Shown piece after piece: positions 62,768-64,000 of a stretch of DNA of 64,000 nt. A program made the position numbers and the translations under genes. Below the pieces are notes generated by a model. The model made no database searches. It was not told the DNA's origin and saw nothing but the letters and a program-made list of their open reading frames with translations. The number at the start of each line of letters is the position of its first letter. Positions within the stretch are counted from its first letter, which is position 1. Source of the DNA: Burkholderiales bacterium (GTDB lineage: Bacteria; Pseudomonadota; Gammaproteobacteria; Burkholderiales; JAHFRG01); assembly GCA_035543335.1 (NCBI GenBank), contig DASZZH010000038.1:6950-70949 (forward strand). Reading direction: 5' to 3'.

Positions 62768-63849
62768 GCCGGACGCGCCAGCACGCGCATGTCCTCGCCC
62801 ACCTTGCGCAGATCAAGGATCTTAAGTTCGCACCGGCCGGCGAGGTCGCCGAGTTCGGAAAGATGAAACATGCCGCGCGCATTATCGCCAATCAGATGCG
62901 GCGCGAGATAAATCAACAACTCATCTACCAGCCCCGCTTGCAACAGCGAGCCATTGAGCTTGAAGCCGCCCTCCACCAGCACTTCATTTACTTCCAGCTT
63001 CGCCAGATGTGCCATCATTTGAGAAAGCTCGACCTTGCCCTCGCTATTGGGCAGGGCAATCAGCTGCACGTCTTTTTCGCGCAGCCGGGCCGCTCTTTGC
63101 TCGTCACTGACTGCACAATAAATCACAACTCTGCCGCCTTGCAGAACTCTGGCCGAAGGAGAAATCTCCAGCCGGCTGTCCACCACGACGCGAACGGGCT
63201 GCCGCGGGGTGCTCACATGCCGCACATTCAATTGCGGGTCATCGTCTTTCACCGTGCCGATGCCGGTCAACACCGCGCAGGAACGCGCGCGCCAGTGATG
63301 CGCGTCGCGCCGCGCGGCTTCGCCGGTAATCCATCGGCTTTTGCCGTTGTTGAGCGCGGTCTTGCCGTCCAGGCTTGCGGCGATTTTCATGCGCACCCAG
63401 GGGCGGCCGCGGGTCATGCGCGAAACATAGCCAATGTTGAGTTCGCTCGCTTCGTTTTCCAGCAAACCGCTCTCAACCTGGATGCCGGCGGTTTTAAGCT
63501 TGGTGGTACCGGCGCCATTGACCAGGGGATTGGGATCCTGCATCGCCGCCACCACTCTTGCCACAGCGGCTTTAATCAAAGCTTCGGTGCATGGCCCCGT
63601 GCGCCCCTGGTGGTTGCACGGTTCGAGGGTCACATAGGCGGTTGCGCCGCGCGCTTCCTCTCCCGCGCGATTGAGCGCAAGGATTTCAGCATGCGGATCG
63701 CCGATTTTTTCATGCCAACCCTCGCCGATAATTTTGCCTGCGCGCACCATCACGCAACCTACGCGTGGGTTGGGACTGGTGCTGTACAAACCTTTTTCAG
63801 CGAGGCGCAGCGCCTGCGCCATGAACTCATGATCTGCGGGAGAAAACAT
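62764..63849 (-). CDS. ribD: Bifunctional pyrimidine deaminase/reductase RibD
   Basis: PNPRVG, HAE, TLEPCNHQGRTGPC, SLDG and VEGG motifs. Confidence 0.96.
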   Translation of the reverse strand: MFSPADHEFMAQALRLAEKGLYSTSPNPRVGCVMVRAGKIIGEGWHEKIGDPHAEILALNRAGEEARGATAYVTLEPCNHQGRTGPCTEALIKAAVARVVAAMQDPNPLVNGAGTTKLKTAGIQVESGLLENEASELNIGYVSRMTRGRPWVRMKIAASLDGKTALNNGKSRWITGEAARRDAHHWRARSCAVLTGIGTVKDDDPQLNVRHVSTPRQPVRVVVDSRLEISPSARVLQGGRVVIYCAVSDEQRAARLREKDVQLIALPNSEGKVELSQMMAHLAKLEVNEVLVEGGFKLNGSLLQAGLVDELLIYLAPHLIGDNARGMFHLSELGDLAGRCELKILDLRKVGEDMRVLARPA

Positions 63850-63861
63850 AGAAAAAACTAT

Positions 63862-64000
63862 TTAATCCGCCTTGCGGCGGCGTGAGCGGCTTTTGGCGGG
63901 TTGTTGCACTTCTTCAATTACGTCGCGAAAATCCTCGACATCCTGGAAGCTACGATACACCGACGCGAAGCGGATGTAGGCGACCTTGTCCATTTTATAG
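63862..64000 (-). CDS. nrdR: Transcriptional repressor NrdR, 3' part (cut by the window edge)
   Basis: Hand translation [17 protein letters not shown]...; position upstream of ribD. Confidence 0.9.
   Translation of the reverse strand, partial: YKMDKVAYIRFASVYRSFQDVEDFRDVIEEVQQPAKSRSRRRKAD

Noticed and set aside
62863..63885. 340-aa plus-strand ORF
   Set aside because: Antisense shadow of ribD

Overview
GC-rich chromosomal window, most likely from a betaproteobacterium (inferred from gene order such as aat-bpt...pyrD, rnfB-nth, yhdP-nitrilase-tldD, glnE, ilvE-waaF and ribD-ribBA-ribH-nusB-thiL-pgpA-cinA-recA-recX-alaS). Most of it is housekeeping, plus a tRNA-Arg(CCT). The main accessory element is a complete chromosomal integron between algC and alaS (47505-52854). 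It has an intact intI, an attI region present as a diverged tandem duplication (110 bp, 140-bp period) and six gene cassettes, each closed by an attC site. No cassette resembles a resistance gene. Two carry HEPN-like proteins and three are membrane proteins of unknown function, so they are candidate anti-phage genes (inference). The intergenic DNA holds several small non-coding elements: a 393-bp MITE inserted between the rhlE Shine-Dalgarno and its ATG, a short relative that supplies the tldD stop codon, two copies of a hairpin-ended repeat with compensatory base changes, a ~100-nt module nested in two different host repeats, and inverted arrays of 8-mer repeats. Three pseudogene remnants not shown as such in the ORF track were read by hand: a DUF1841 gene, a PAP2 gene and a frameshifted gene after yhdP. 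All protein family assignments come from motif recognition, not database searches.
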